DNA of 64,000 nucleotides from Yuukianura sp. NJ FZ-2021 (taxonomy: Eukaryota). This document shows positions 39,205 to 52,900 of the stretch, piece by piece; positions within the stretch are counted from its first letter, which is position 1; each line of letters opens with the position of its first letter. The stretch is from contig CM102289.1 of NCBI GenBank assembly GCA_046563655.1, forward strand, positions 2,542,001-2,606,000, given 5' to 3'. Made by a program: the position numbers and the translations under genes. The notes beneath the pieces were generated by a model. That model searched no databases. It worked only from the letters and a program-made list of their open reading frames with translations, and was not told the origin of the DNA.

Positions 39205-40614
39205 ATGATATCCCGTTCAACTCTTTCGATCTGCGTCAAAATTTTCAAAATAGTCTCAATTTTGCAAAGCGGTCACTTCAAAGTCAAGAATTCTTCTTCA
39301 CGAAACGGAATACCACAACTTGTGTTATGTAAAACGTCGTTTCGAGAAGTTTTGGTAGGGGACGTGACTTCTATTCTCGGCGTTCTGAGCATATTTCCGG
39401 TGTATTACTTTCCCATGGTAACTGCACTTGCAGACCATAATGTGCACACTATGCTATTCATCTTCGTGAATCTGCAAATAGTTGTTATGCTTCTAAGCCT
39501 CAAAATTACATATCTTCTCACCAAGTCCCGTACAATTCAATTCATCAATTCATTTCTCCACTTCAACGTTGTGGAACGTAAGGCTACGTTTCTAATTAAT
39601 TATGATTTTTACTTGTTATGTTTTCCGTTCTAGGGCAAGTGACAAATAAAAAAGACGGAATGGAAACTTTCGCAAAACTATATCATCTGTCAGCAGCTCT
39701 TCTAGTTCCGTATGGATTTTTGTGCATCTTGGCACTTACTATAACGGATCAACCCGTTGGAAGAGGTGCAACTGCAGTCATCAACATATTCACAACCTAC
39801 GCGCATGACAGCCTGGAAATGTACTTGATCAAGGTCGTCTGGTCTACACTTCTGGTATTAAGTTTCTCAAACTGCGCCCTCTCTGCCGTGCTGTTCTGCG
39901 TTACCATCACCTTATTCATCAATTCGACAAGAGTTGCAGTTGCAACGGCAGGGTAGGCCATAATTATTATACAATGTATATCAGAATAGAATTTATATAC
40001 TGATAAGTACTGACAGAAGTGAAGTAATGTTGAGATTTAATTAAAATACTTGAGCTAGAAACTGATTAATGACTATACATAGATTACCGAAGTCTTTTGT
40101 CAATTTTAGAGCTAAATTCGGCGTGGAGAGGAATGTGGAAGCGGGAAATGACGACGTCGTGTATACTACGGCAGATGCTGCACATTTGCATTCAACCAGG
40201 GCTATTTTCACAAAAACTTTCAACGACCATTTCTCCTTTATACTAGGCTTTCTGCATTACCAACTGACCGGCATAGTAATTTACTGTACATTTACGATGA
40301 TCAAATTTGGCTCGAAAAATACGCTTCTTGCAGCTGGATTCGGTGATATGGCTGCCCTTTGCATGTTAGTCGAATGGTTTATGATGAAGGCCTTGGTTGC
40401 ATTGAGATCAGGATCAGTTGATACAATTTCAACCTTGCGAATTTATGCTGATCGTCGTTGCAAACATGACAAGTCCATTGCATTAACGTGGCGAGCTGCG
40501 CGACCCCTGGATATTTGGGTTGGTAACTTATTTGTGGTGGAAAGTGCGGAATTCATTCTGGCACTTGGTGACATTATAGTTGGAAGAGTCATTGATTTGG
40601 TACTCACTTTTTGA
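39205..40614 (+). CDS. Gustatory-receptor-like 7TM chemoreceptor; exons 39205-39577, 39634-39952, 40110-40614
   Basis: Three ORFs joined in phase by GT-AG introns; many TM helices; C-terminus RPLDIWVGNLFVV...IIVGRVIDLVLTF parallels the other GR-like genes. Confidence 0.72.
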
Positions 40615-41109
40615 AGTGACCCACTCATGAAACGATTCATTGAAATGTCCAAGTAATCTCTCTCATTCTCTCGAACATGTAAATTTAAATTTTCAATCAA
40701 AAGCAGTGTTCGGTAAATACGTTTTTTTTAAAGTTGTCTGGTGCTTATAGCCGTATCGTGCTAACGATGGTGCCGCGTCGTCACTACAGAATCTGTACCT
40801 TGGAAGTTTAGGTCATCAAAATGGAAGTTGCTTGAAAGCCGTTTTTTGAAGGGCTGATACAAAGGCATATGTAAAACAAAAATCCAAAGCATAAACACAC
40901 AAATAGTTTTCTTCGACAGTCAAAATGCTTTAGTAAAAATCTTTTAAAAATTTTTGCTTTGTATAACTTTATTACTTCGAAAAATAATAGTCTTATAACC
41001 AGACGACAAAGTATTAACTGGCGTATTTAAAAAAGTGGTTTCAAGTTTAGTGTATAAAACAGAAAACAGTTAAAAAAAAACCCTTTATACACTTCCGGCA
41101 CAAAAATTT

Positions 41110-41631
41110 TTAAGGAACTCTTTCACATTTATATCCACGACATTCACAGTGGCAAACATTATCCGCAAATAAATTTTCGAGATGGTATCCTAGCACTACA
41201 ATAGGTCCTAGTGCACCAGGACATGTCAACCAAGGGGGACATGCAGGTCCTCGTCCATTATTTTGACACCAGCATCCAGCATTCTTCGTCATATTTATTG
41301 CCCATTGTCGTCGCTCACCAATCAGAATTTGATCCAGAAGCGCATCATCACACAGGACATTGTAATCTCTGCAATCTGTAATTTAATAAAAATACAAAAA
41401 GTATTAGCAAAAACTAAGTTTTTCTTAAAAGTTCCTTTAGTTTCGCACGCAGGAAATTATTTTAAGTTTCTGAACTAAATACAAAATAAAGTAATTTAGT
41501 TCTATCGTCTTACAAATTGTAGGCACCCCGTTGTTGACCACGTGAAACGACTCAGTTGTTTTAGTTATTACTAACGTCGTAAGTGCGACGGCAATCACGG
41601 CTCTAACTGTTGATAAAAAACGTTTGTTCAT
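41110..41631 (-). CDS. Small secreted Cys-rich protein, 127 aa; exons 41631-41514, 41375-41110
   Basis: Signal peptide MNKRFLSTVRAVIAVALTTLVITKTTES; a phase-1 intron joins two listed ORFs; 10 Cys in the mature part including CWC and CHCEC. Confidence 0.7.
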
Positions 41632-42074
41632 TTTTGATTCGAGTTTATTGAATGAATTTTCTCAAAAACTATTTAAGGTAGAGCTGTTTAGCAGGAGAGG
41701 GACAAGAGTATAATAAAAGTATCGGTTCCAATGTTTCAAATTTGAAACAAAATTTGAAACATCCAAAAATAAGTGTTGCCTTTTTTTTAACAAAAAAAAA
41801 TGTCGTTTAACGCCTGAAGTGTTAGAAGACAATAAAAAGCGGCTTCAGAAAAACTGGCATTGTTCTATCGTTTGAAATTGAAGAACATTTAGAAAAGGGT
41901 AGGTTTAGCTATTTTTGGTTTTTCTAAAATAACCTTCCCTACGGTATCAACGTCAACGGCTTGATTGAATTCGCTTTTACAAAGTAAGTCGGTTATTCAA
42001 CTTTTTCATTTTACAGACTTGCATTAATTCGCTTACGAAAGATGAGATTCTCACCCGGAGTACAAATGTTTCAG

Positions 42075-42234
42075 GTATCAGTTGGATTTGGGTTACGGAT
42101 ATTTTGGCCGTGAGAATGAATACCGTCTTCGTGTTGGAAGTTGGAATCATGGGATGCAATGCTGTTCAAGAAAACATTGACCTTGTTGCCAAAATGGTTA
42201 AAAAGGGATTCAAAGCACTTCGAAAAAAAACTGA
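42075..42234 (+). pseudogene. Isolated, frameshifted copy of the last exon of the AGXT-like gene
   Basis: Aligns to 56279-56429 including the TTTCAG|GTAT acceptor, AACATTGACCTTGTTGCCAAA and stop; a GTTGGAA duplication shifts the frame. Confidence 0.85.
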
Positions 42235-42558
42235 AAAGCTTTTATTTCAATTACTGGTGCATTTCATACACAGAAAATATTTTCTGCGTCAATAAACATT
42301 CTTCAAACTCTTTCACTTTGAATAATTTAGTTCAAGAAAAATAAAAATTAACACCTTGCAACACCACTTTTCAATGTATTTGTAGAAGGCTCCTAGAATT
42401 TATAAATTTAACTCTAACATTTTACACAAATAGTGTACTCGTGGCTTAATTATGAAAAGTATATAGTTCAGAACACTTGCAAAACAAATGTTTTAACGAA
42501 ATCTGGAGTTTGTGCATTAATTCGCATTTGTGCATTAATTGAAAATTGTTAAAGTGTC

Positions 42559-42602
42559 ATCCCTGAAGAAGGACAGAGTACAGTGTTCCGAAAGCTTGGG
42601 TT
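42559..42602 (+). ncRNA. Minimal type I hammerhead ribozyme motif (Penelope-like element relic)
   Basis: ATCC-CTGAAGA-AGGACA(gagtacag)TGTTCC-GAAA-GCTT-GGGT; lies between 14 bp direct repeats GGAGTTTGTGCATT at 42505 and 42662. Confidence 0.6.
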
Positions 42603-43399
42603 TTTCTCAATAAAATATCAGATTCCACAACTGGAGTACATCCGAAAAATGCAAACTAACCGGAGTTTGTGCATTTTTATCACAGTTTGCATTTTTTTTT
42701 TTATTTCACTGAGTTTTCTGAAAAATATTTAAAGTAGAGGTTTGGCCAGAAACAGTTTTGAAACTGTCACATTTGATTTGAGATGAAATTTGAAAAATCA
42801 TAAAATAGTTGTTGCCTCTTTTTGCAAAACGTATTTTAACTACTAAAGTGTTAGAACACAATAAAAAGCACGTATCTCGGCATGTGCTCATGCAAGATAG
42901 CATTGTTTCATCGTTCGTAATTGAAGAACATTGGAAAATGATGTAGGCTTTTAGTTTCGTTATTTTCGTCTTAATCTAAAGCAAAAGTTTAAGAAAACTC
43001 AGTTTCAGAAAACTTTAAAAGAGTTTTTTATGGATAATAATCAGGCAAAATATCACTTCCTGAAAAATGTCGTTTGTATATTTCACTAATTTAAAATGCA
43101 CACGACACTTATCTTTTAGAAAAGACCTTACTCACCAGAGCGACCAACTTACATTTATCGAAGATATCTGTGCTCGATTAGAACTAAACGTCAAAGTATA
43201 CTTTCAAGGCTAAATATTCCTTAGGAAATCCTCGTTTCACCAAACTCAGATGGGTAAAGATAAGGCTGATTTTTTTTGCAAACGAACGAATAAGGTTTGC
43301 ACTGCAAAAAATTTTAGTTTCCTCCTAACTACCTGCAAAAGCGCAAAACCTAATCATACGCAACAAACTCTCTAACTTATAATAACACTTATTTCAAAA

Positions 43400-46284
43400 A
43401 TGAAGTCTGGTAAAAAATTTAGTATCAGTTCTCTGCAATACTTTTTTGTATTTTATGTTTCTGCAAATTACCATTTCTTGCTTTGCAAATCAGATACAAG
43501 AATACTTAACCTGCGTATGCTAGTTAACCAGTTTCCGGATTGTGACAATTTAATCTTTGCTCCAAACAATACACAACCAGAAATCGTTGAAGGCATCACC
43601 ACTCCTACTAGGATTTACTACGCAAAAATTGGACACAGACGTATATGTGGTACTCACGAAGCACGCAGCATTAGATTCCAAGTGCTTTATCCCAATTTAT
43701 TTTCTGTAAATCCACAAAGTCATCGCAATTGCTTTTCAATTTTTGCCTTCTTCCCGAGAATGATTTTGCAAAATATGAAGATGAGAACAGATTGCTTTCC
43801 GCAGAGACTTAACGATTCGACACACGGTTGGTTCTATCAAAATGGTATTTATTTACATATTATTCAAAACGAACCGCTTTCGCACTTGTTTCATTTTCAA
43901 GACGTCTTCCTGCCATATGAATTTTTGTTTTCATACCAAGCCGTGACTACATCTCCAACGTCACCTTATTTCCGGGTTTCTCTTTCAAGCAACAGTACTA
44001 CTTTAATCCAAGTTAAACTAGGTAACGGGAGGCGAGCACGTCGTTTCACGGTCCCGTCACCCAGTGAAACAAACATTACATGCGTTATGCATCATCTCAA
44101 ATATAACACTTTGGAAACAAATTTGACTGAGCCTGAAGCCGTAGCTTTGAGAAAAACTATTGAGCAGTTGATACATCGCGGATCAATTGAATCAAAAAAC
44201 ATATACGAACAAATTGGTTTCAACCAGAATTCCACAAATTATATGAAACTGAATGTGCGTTCGGATGTAAGAAATTCTTTTAAAAAATCAAACTCTTCGA
44301 TGACATTTAGACAATTGATACTTGCGATTCTATTTGAAGAATTCCATGTCCATGTGCCGATGGAGTACTACAACGAACATAAAGCACAGTATACTGACTC
44401 AATGTTGGTAAACACCTACGCCAAGACAATCGGTGAACACACTGATTTAAAGGGCTTCAAGCCTAATTCATTACATACCATTATGTTACAGCGCATTGAT
44501 GTAAATTTTTTGACCTGTGATGGTACTAGTGATTTACTAAATTACAGATTCTATATTGCCCCTTTTGATTTGACATTTTGGATTGCAATAGTTGTAGTAG
44601 TTGTAGTTCTCACTGTGTTCATATCACGAGCCACTTACGTTGACTTTTCCACAGGTTTTATGGGTAAAAAGCCACACTTCAAGGATTTTCTTAGAGCTAT
44701 ACCAGCAGTAACTTGTATTTTGATTGACCAAGTTCAAGGAATGCCACTACGACAAGGATACAGAAGAAGGCTGTTTGTTTTTAGTCTTTGGATTCTCACA
44801 ACTGTTGTCATCACGAATGTATACAAAAGTGTATTAGGTTGGAGTAAACCAAATTGAACTCATTTGTACTCACTTTGTCCCTAGCGGTTACAATGATTGT
44901 CAGTTTTTCACTATTAACAGAGTACACAAGTACAGACAAAAACAAATACAAAAACAAGTACAGACATAAAATTTCAGCTGCTCAGCACTTGCACTACCAA
45001 TTATATATTTTCTAATGTTTCAAAATTGAATTTACCACACTGTTTTCATACAAACAATGTTTATCCCACAAATCGAGCACAATACAGTTTAAATCTCGAA
45101 AGTTGATTTCATTTTAGAATACTAAACAAAAACAATTTAACGTACCGACAAATTAACAATACTACAGACGAGTCATTAACAAAAACAAAGTAGTCTTCCG
45201 GTTTTGTGAATGAGGGTACAAGATATGTTGCAGTGACGATTCCTTTATTGAAGGTACATTGGGGATCAATTTGGTTTACTGTAACTTAACATTTTTAGTT
45301 TCTTACTTAACTGCTGCGCCACCGGTAACTCAACAGTATGACGCTTTTCGACAACTTAATAATTTCACTGTATACATGGATCGTATAACCGGAGTTCATG
45401 CTTTGCAAGATTTGAAGATACTTAACTATTCAGGCCAAGAAATCAGAGTAGCGGAATTAGAGCAGCAATTTTTTTGTGACTGCATACATGTTCCAGAGAC
45501 TAGAAAAAAGAAAAATATAGTGTCCCAAGAAACTGTCACTACGTTGATTCAACTTGCACAACGTAATGGCCAGTGCGTAAACGCATTTGAGCTACCCAAA
45601 TTTAACGCCAACTTAAACCAAGACCGAGAACGCTTGTGTACCGACTGGGCCTATGTATATTTCCAAGGTTTAGAAATTTTGGGTGATATTGGACAAAAAT
45701 CCGCCAACAATTTTCCAGATTCTTTCATACCAAGCAGAGTAGCACCATTTGATATCAATTCAAATCCAGACCTCATCAACCATACATTGTTTCGAATGGC
45801 TCAGATTCTCAGCCGTTGTTCACAAGTTGGATTTTTAGGAACGCAAGAGAACTTGAACCTGTTCGTAGCCAACTACAAAAACATAATGCGGAAAGACATA
45901 GAATTGTTGAAGGGAAATTCAGAATTTGTTCATTTTCGCGGAGGAACAAAATCAGTGTCCTCTTATTTGATGGGTTTTAGTGCCGCGTCGAGTTACTTTT
46001 ACAATAGGTTTCAAATCCTGTTCCATTCTGGGATTTACACGTTTTTGGAAAAGTTGGACAAAATTCTAAATCCTACAATATATGAAAACACTATGAACGA
46101 AAATCTAAAATACGAGCAGTTGGACCTTTTACCAAAAAAGTTGAATTTGACAGGAAATGTGGTTACGGGTTTTCACGTGCTAATGTACAGCATGGTGATT
46201 TGTGTGGTTGCATTTTTGAGTGAGGTGGCATCTTTGTTGCTGCGGAAGTCATGTGACAGGGTTCATAACTTTAGAATTTCTTGA
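43400..46284 (+). CDS. Divergent ionotropic receptor (variant iGluR)-like, copy 1; exons 43400-44837, 45299-46284
   Basis: N-terminal hydrophobic segment; NFLTC...FYIAPFD..FW before M1; pore/M2 region ending YKSVL|VSYLTAAP after splicing; LFHSGIY; terminal TM helix. Confidence 0.75.
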
Positions 46285-46872
46285 ACAAATACAATAAATT
46301 ATGTTGGAGCAGAAACAAAATATAAAGTAAAAATTTTGAATGTTTTGAAATCAAGCAAAGTTCTGTCAAACAAAAATGTGAATTTACTGATTTCAGTAAA
46401 AACTGTTTTGGGTAATTAATTTTTTTTTTCGGTTTTAGGCGAATGTAGGATTTTAGTTTGTTTTGTTCCGGCGGTTCTAAATTAAAAATTTAAGAAAACT
46501 AAAAGGAAGAACTTCCAAAGTTTTTTATTGATAATAATCAGGCAAAATGTCACTTCCCGAAAGATGTCGCATGTATAGTTAGTTCAGTAATCTAAAATGC
46601 ACAAGGACGCTTTTATTTATTAAAAAACAATGTCGAATCACGAAAGCAACCAACTTTTGTATTTATCGAAAAGATCTCTGGTCGTTTAGAACTAAACTTT
46701 TCAAAGCTAAATATTCATTAGGGAATATACTTTCTACCAAACTGAGATGGGTAATGCTGATTTTCTCTCCAAAAGAACAAATATGGCTTGGTAGCGGAAA
46801 AAGTTTTTAGTTTCATCGAAACTTCACGCAAGATCAACAAACTTTTTAAAATAGAAAGACACTTCTTCGAAA

Positions 46873-49800
46873 ATGATGCGTCATAAATTTGGTTCCAGTT
46901 TTCTGCAATACTTTCTTGTATTTTGTGTTTTTGGAAATTATCTATTGTTTTGTAAATCAGATACAAAAATTCTTAACTTGCATATGCTAATTAACCAGTT
47001 CTCGGATTGTGACAATTTAATCTTTGCTCCAAACAATACACAGCCAGAAATCCTTCACGGCATCACTGCTCCAACTAGAATTTACTACGCAAAAATTGGA
47101 GAAAAACGGTTATGTGGAATTCATGAATCTCAAAGCGTTAGGAACTATGTACTTTATCCGAATTTATTGTTTACAAATCCACAAAGTCATCGTAATTGCT
47201 TTTCAATTTTTGTCTTCTTCCCGAAAATGATTTGGGAAAATATGGGGACGACTCCGGGAATGCCTAACTGCTTTCCGAATAAAATTCATCATTTTTTATT
47301 GGATGAGGAGTATTCCAAACGTATTTATTTACATATTATTCAAAACGAACCACTTCCACACTTGCGCAATTTTCAAGATGTTGCTTACATGTCATATGAA
47401 TTTTTGTTTTCATATCAAACCCTGACTACATCGCCAACTCCACCTCATTTCTGGGCAGCTCAAAGTTCAAGTAAAAATACTTTAATCGAAGTTACACTTG
47501 TTTCACCTCACGGGAAGCGAGAACCTGCCCCAGTCCAGTCACCTAGCGAAACAAACATTACGTGTGTAACACATCATCTCACGGATTACATTTTGAAAAC
47601 AAATTTTACCGAACCTGAAGGCCTAGCAAATTTGAGACAAATTGTTCAAGAGTTGATATACCGCGGATCAGTTGAATCAAGAAACATTTACGAACGACTT
47701 TTCGACAACCACGACACCAATAATTATATTAACCTAAGTACCAAAGCAAATACGCCTTTTAAAAAATCAAATGTTCCGATGGCATTTAGACAGTTGATAC
47801 TTGAGATTCTATTTGAAGAATTCCATGTCCATGTACCTGTAGAGCTGTACAATGCACATAAAGCACATTATACGGACTCAAAGTACCTCAACATTTACAC
47901 TAACATAATGGGTGAACTCAGTGATACGCAACCCATGGGCTCAATATATGCTATTCTTTTAAAACGAACTGACTTCAACTTTTTGACTTGTGATGGTACT
48001 GCTGATTTACTGAATTACCGATTCTATACCACACCATTTGGTTTGCGCTTTTGGGTTGCACTAGCTATAATGGTTAGTATTCTCATTTTATTCATATCAC
48101 AAGTCACTTACGCTAACTTTTCTGGGCATGTTATTGCTAAACGACATTTCAGGAATCTGGTTAGCGGTGTACCGACAATAACTTGTGTTTTGATTGACCA
48201 AGTTCAAGAAATGCCACTACGACAAGGATACAGAAGAAGAGTGTTTGTTTTAAGTCTCTGGAGTCTCCTCACCGTCGTTATCACGAATGCATACAAAAGC
48301 GTATTAGGTTGGAGTAAACCAACTGGAACTAATTTGTACTCCCCGCGTAAGAATCAGTTACAATTATTGTTGGTTTTTAAATATTGGTTGTGTTGGAGGT
48401 GTACAGACGTTTAAAGCTCAGTTGTACACAAGGTTCCTTCAAAACCATTCACTATTCCATAACAGGTTGCGCAATACTTCAGTTGCTTACCCAAAAAATG
48501 AAAAAAAAAAAAAACAAAACAAAACAAGAAAAAACTGATATACCATTGGCATCAACGGAACTTTTTTTTTTTTTTGTAAAATTTAAAAATTTAAAAGAAA
48601 ACATGAGGTATTACGCAACCTCATCAGGAAAAAAACGTGAACAAACCTTGGTTATATGCTACCAATTGCATACATCGACAAAAAGTTAACCTACCCGAAA
48701 AATACGCGAACGAGTCTTTAAAACTTGGAAAGTTGTCTTTCGATGTTGTGATTGACCGTAAATATATCAATATATTAATACTATACACATTAATATTATT
48801 AATATATATATAAAATTAACGCGGTCAGTCAGTCGTATTACTGTGATATGTCCTTTATTGAGGGTACACTGGGCATTATTTTGGTTTACTCTAACCTAAC
48901 ACAATCAGTTTCTTACTTAACTGCTGCGCCACCAGTAACTCAAAAGTATGACACTTTTCGACAGCTTAATAACTTCACTGTATACACGGATATTACAAGT
49001 GTATACCACGTTGGGCAAGATCTGCAGACGCTTAACTACTCAAGCCAGCCAATCCCTGTAGCGGAATTAGAGCGGCAATTTTACTGTGATTGCCCACAAG
49101 TACATACAGAGTTCTGTAGTTCTACCATAAAAATCAAAAATATTATGCCTGAAGGAACCGTCGATAGGTTGATTAAATTTGCACAACGCAGCGGCCAGTG
49201 CACCAACACGTCTGACCTACCCACATTTAACCCTGACTTATTCCGGCAAAGAACATTTGCGTGCTGCCATTGGAAATATTACATGCATTCTGGGACTTTG
49301 GAAATTTTGAATAATGTACGACAAAAACCAGCCAACAATTTTCCAGATTATTTCATAACAAGCGTAGTTGCATCATTTGAGATCAATTTCAATCCAGACA
49401 TCATCAACCATACCTTGTTTCGAATGGCTCAAATTCTTAACCATTGTTCAAAAGTTGGATTTTTAGGAACCCAAGACAATTTGAACCTGTTCGTAGCTAA
49501 CTACAAAAATTTGATGCGCAAAAACAAGAACTTGTTGAAGAATTCAGGAAATCCAGAATTTGTTCATTTTCGCGGAGGAACAAAACCAGTCTCTTCTTCT
49601 TTGACGGGTTTTAGTGCTGCGTCTATTTACTTCTACAACAGGTTTCAAATTCTCTTCCACTCTGGGATTTACACGTTTTTGGAAAAGTGGCACAAAATTC
49701 TAAACCCTACAATACATGAGAACGCTATAAACGAAAATCTGAAATACGAGGAGTTGGACCTTTTACCAAAGAAGTTGAATCTAGCAGGAAACGTCGCCAC

Positions 49801-49918
49801 AGGTTTTTACGTGCTAATGTACAGCATGGTGATTTGTGCCGTAGCATTTTTGTGTGAGGTGGCATCTTTGGTGTTGCAGAGGTCAGTTGACAGGGTTCAT
49901 TATTTTGCAATTGCTTGA
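46873..49918 (+). CDS. Divergent ionotropic receptor-like, copy 2; exons 46873-48307, 48909-49918
   Basis: Paralog of copy 1 with identical intron position and phase. Confidence 0.75.
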
Positions 49919-49941
49919 ACAAGAACAAGAATATTGCTTGC

Positions 49942-52900
49942 TAGGTTCCGTGAACAAGGAAACGACTGCTGCATAACTTCGTTTGCCTAAATACATTTTG
50001 AATGCAAAAGCTGTACACCAAATTTCATGCAAGCGTCTAGATCTTCTATTCTACATATACTGTTAACAGCCGCAGTGTGAATGTTGGTGAATAACTTGAG
50101 CCACTTGATTCGATTTGAACAGAATCAAGGACCCCTTAACAAACAACCACCTTTTAACGCAGGATTGATCCATAGGTTCCGTGAACAAGGAAACGACTGC
50201 TGCATAACTTCGTTTGCCTAAAAACATTTTGAATGCAAAAGTTGTACACCAAATTTCATGCAAGCGTCTGGATCTTCTATTCTACATATACTGTTAACAG
50301 CCGCAGTGTGAATGTTGGTGAATAACTTGAGCCACGTGATTCGATTTGAACAGAATCAAGGACCCCCTAACAAACAACCACCTTTTAACGCAGGATTGAT
50401 CCATAGGTTCCGTGAACAAGGAAACGACTGCTGCATAACTTTGTTTGCCTAAAAACATTTTGAATGCAAAAGTTGTACACCAAATTTCATGCAAGCGTCT
50501 GGATCTTCTATTCTACATATACTGTTAACAGCCGCAGTGTGAATGTTGGTGAATAACTTGAGCCACTTTATTCGATTTGAACAGAATCAAGGACCCCCTA
50601 ACAAACAACCACCTTTTAACGCAGGATTGATCCATAGGTTCCGTGAACAAGGAAACGACTGCTGCATAACTTCGTTTGCCTAAAAACATTTTGAATGCAA
50701 AAGTTGTACACCAAATTTCATGCAAGCGTCTGGATCTTCTATTCTACATATACTGTTAACAGCCGCAGTGTGAATGTTGGTGAATAACTTGAGCCACTTG
50801 ATTCGATTTGAACAGAATCAAGGACCCCCTAACAAACAACCACCTTTTAACGCAGGATTGATCCATAGGTTCCGTGAACAAGGAAACGACTGCTGCATAA
50901 CTTCGTTTGCCTAAAAACATTTTGAATGCAAAAGTTGTACACCAAATTTCATGCAAGCGTCTGGATCTTCTATTCTACAGATACTGTTAACAGCCGCAGT
51001 GTGAATGTTGGTCAATAACTTGAGCCACTTGATTCGATTTGAACTGAATCAAGGACCCCTTAACAAACAACCACCTTTTAACGCATGATTGATCCATAGG
51101 TTCCGTGAACAGGGAAACGACTGCTGCATAACTTCGTTTGCCTAAAAACATTTTGAATGCAAAAGTTGTACACCAAATTTCATGCAAGCGTCTGGATCTT
51201 CTATTCTACATATACTGTTAACAGCCGCAGTGTGAATGTTAGTGAATAACTTGAGCCACTTGATTCGATTTGGACAGAATCAAGGACCCCTTAACAAACA
51301 ACCACCTTTTAACGCAGGATTGATCCATAGGTTCCGTGAACAAGGAAACGACTGCTGCATAACTTCGTTTGCCTAAAAACATTTTGAATGCAAAAGTTGT
51401 ACACCAAATTTCATGCAAGCGTCTGGATCTTCTATTCTAAATATACTGTTAACAGCCGCAGTGTGAATGTTGGTGAATAACTTGAGCCACTTGATTCGAT
51501 TTGAACAGAATCAAAGACCCCTTAACAAACAACCACCTTTTAACGCAGGATTGATCCATAGGTTCCGTGAACAAGGAAACGACTGCTGCATAACTTCGTT
51601 TGCCTAAAAACATTTTGAATGCAAAAGTTGTACACCAAATTTCTTGCAAGCGTCTGGATCTTCTATTCTACATATACTGTTAACAGCCGCAGTGTGAATG
51701 TTGGTGAATAACTTGAGCCACTTGATTCGATTTGAACAGAATCAAGGACCCCCTAACAAACAACCACCTTTTAACGCAGGATTGATCCATAGGTTCCGTG
51801 AACAAGGAAACGACTGCTGCATAACTTCGTTTGCCTAAAAACATTTTGAATGCAAAAGTTGTACACCAAATTTCATGCAAGCGTCTGGATCTTCTATTCT
51901 ACATATACTGTTAACAGCCGCAGTGTGAATGTTGGTGAATAACTTGAGCCACTTGATTCGATTTGAACAGAATCAAGGACCCCATGACAAACAACCACCT
52001 TTTAACGCAGGATTGATCCATAGGTTCCGTGAACAAGGAAACGACTGCTGCATAACTTCGTTTGCCTAAAAACATTTTGAATGCAAAAGTTGTACACCAA
52101 ATTTCATGCAAGCGTCTGGATCTTCTATTCTAAATATACTGTTAACAGCCGCAGTGCGAATGTTGGTGAATAACTTGAGTCACTTGATTCGATTTGAACA
52201 GAATCAAGGACCCCCTAACAAACAACCACCTTTTAACGCAGGATTGATCCATAGGTTTCGTGAACAAGGAAACGACTGCTGCATAACTTCGTTTGCCTAA
52301 AAAAATTTTGAATGCAAAAGTTGTACACCAAATTTCTTGCAAGCGTCTGGATCTTCTACTCTACATATACTGTTAACAGCCGCAGTGTGAATGTTGGTGA
52401 ATAACTTGAGCCACTTGATTCGATTTGAACAGAATCAAGGACCCCCTAACAAACAACCACCTTTTAACGCAGGATTGATCCATAGGTTCCGTGAACAAGG
52501 AAACGACTGCTGCATAACTTCGTTTGCCTAAAAACATTTTGAATGCAAAAGTTGTACACCAAATTTCATGCAAGCGTCTGGATCTTCTATTCTAAATATA
52601 CTGTTAACAGCCGCAGTGTGAATGTTGGTGAATAACTTGAGTCACTTGATTCGATTTGAACAGAATCAAGGACCCCCTAACAAACAACCACCTTTTAACG
52701 CAGGATTGATCCATAAGTTCCGTGAACAAGGAAACGACTGCTGCATAACTTCGTTTGCCTAAAAACATTTTGAATGCAAAAGTTGTACACCAAATTTCAT
52801 GCAAGCGTCTGGATCTTCTATTCTACATATACTGTTAACAGCCGCAGTGTGAATGTTGGTGAATAACTTGAGCCACTTGATTCAATTTGAACAGAATCAA

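Noticed and set aside
41730..42955. Diverged non-coding duplication (41730-41910 vs 42770-42955) as a regulatory system
   Set aside because: Similarity is visible but adequately explained by the local duplication history; no further structure.
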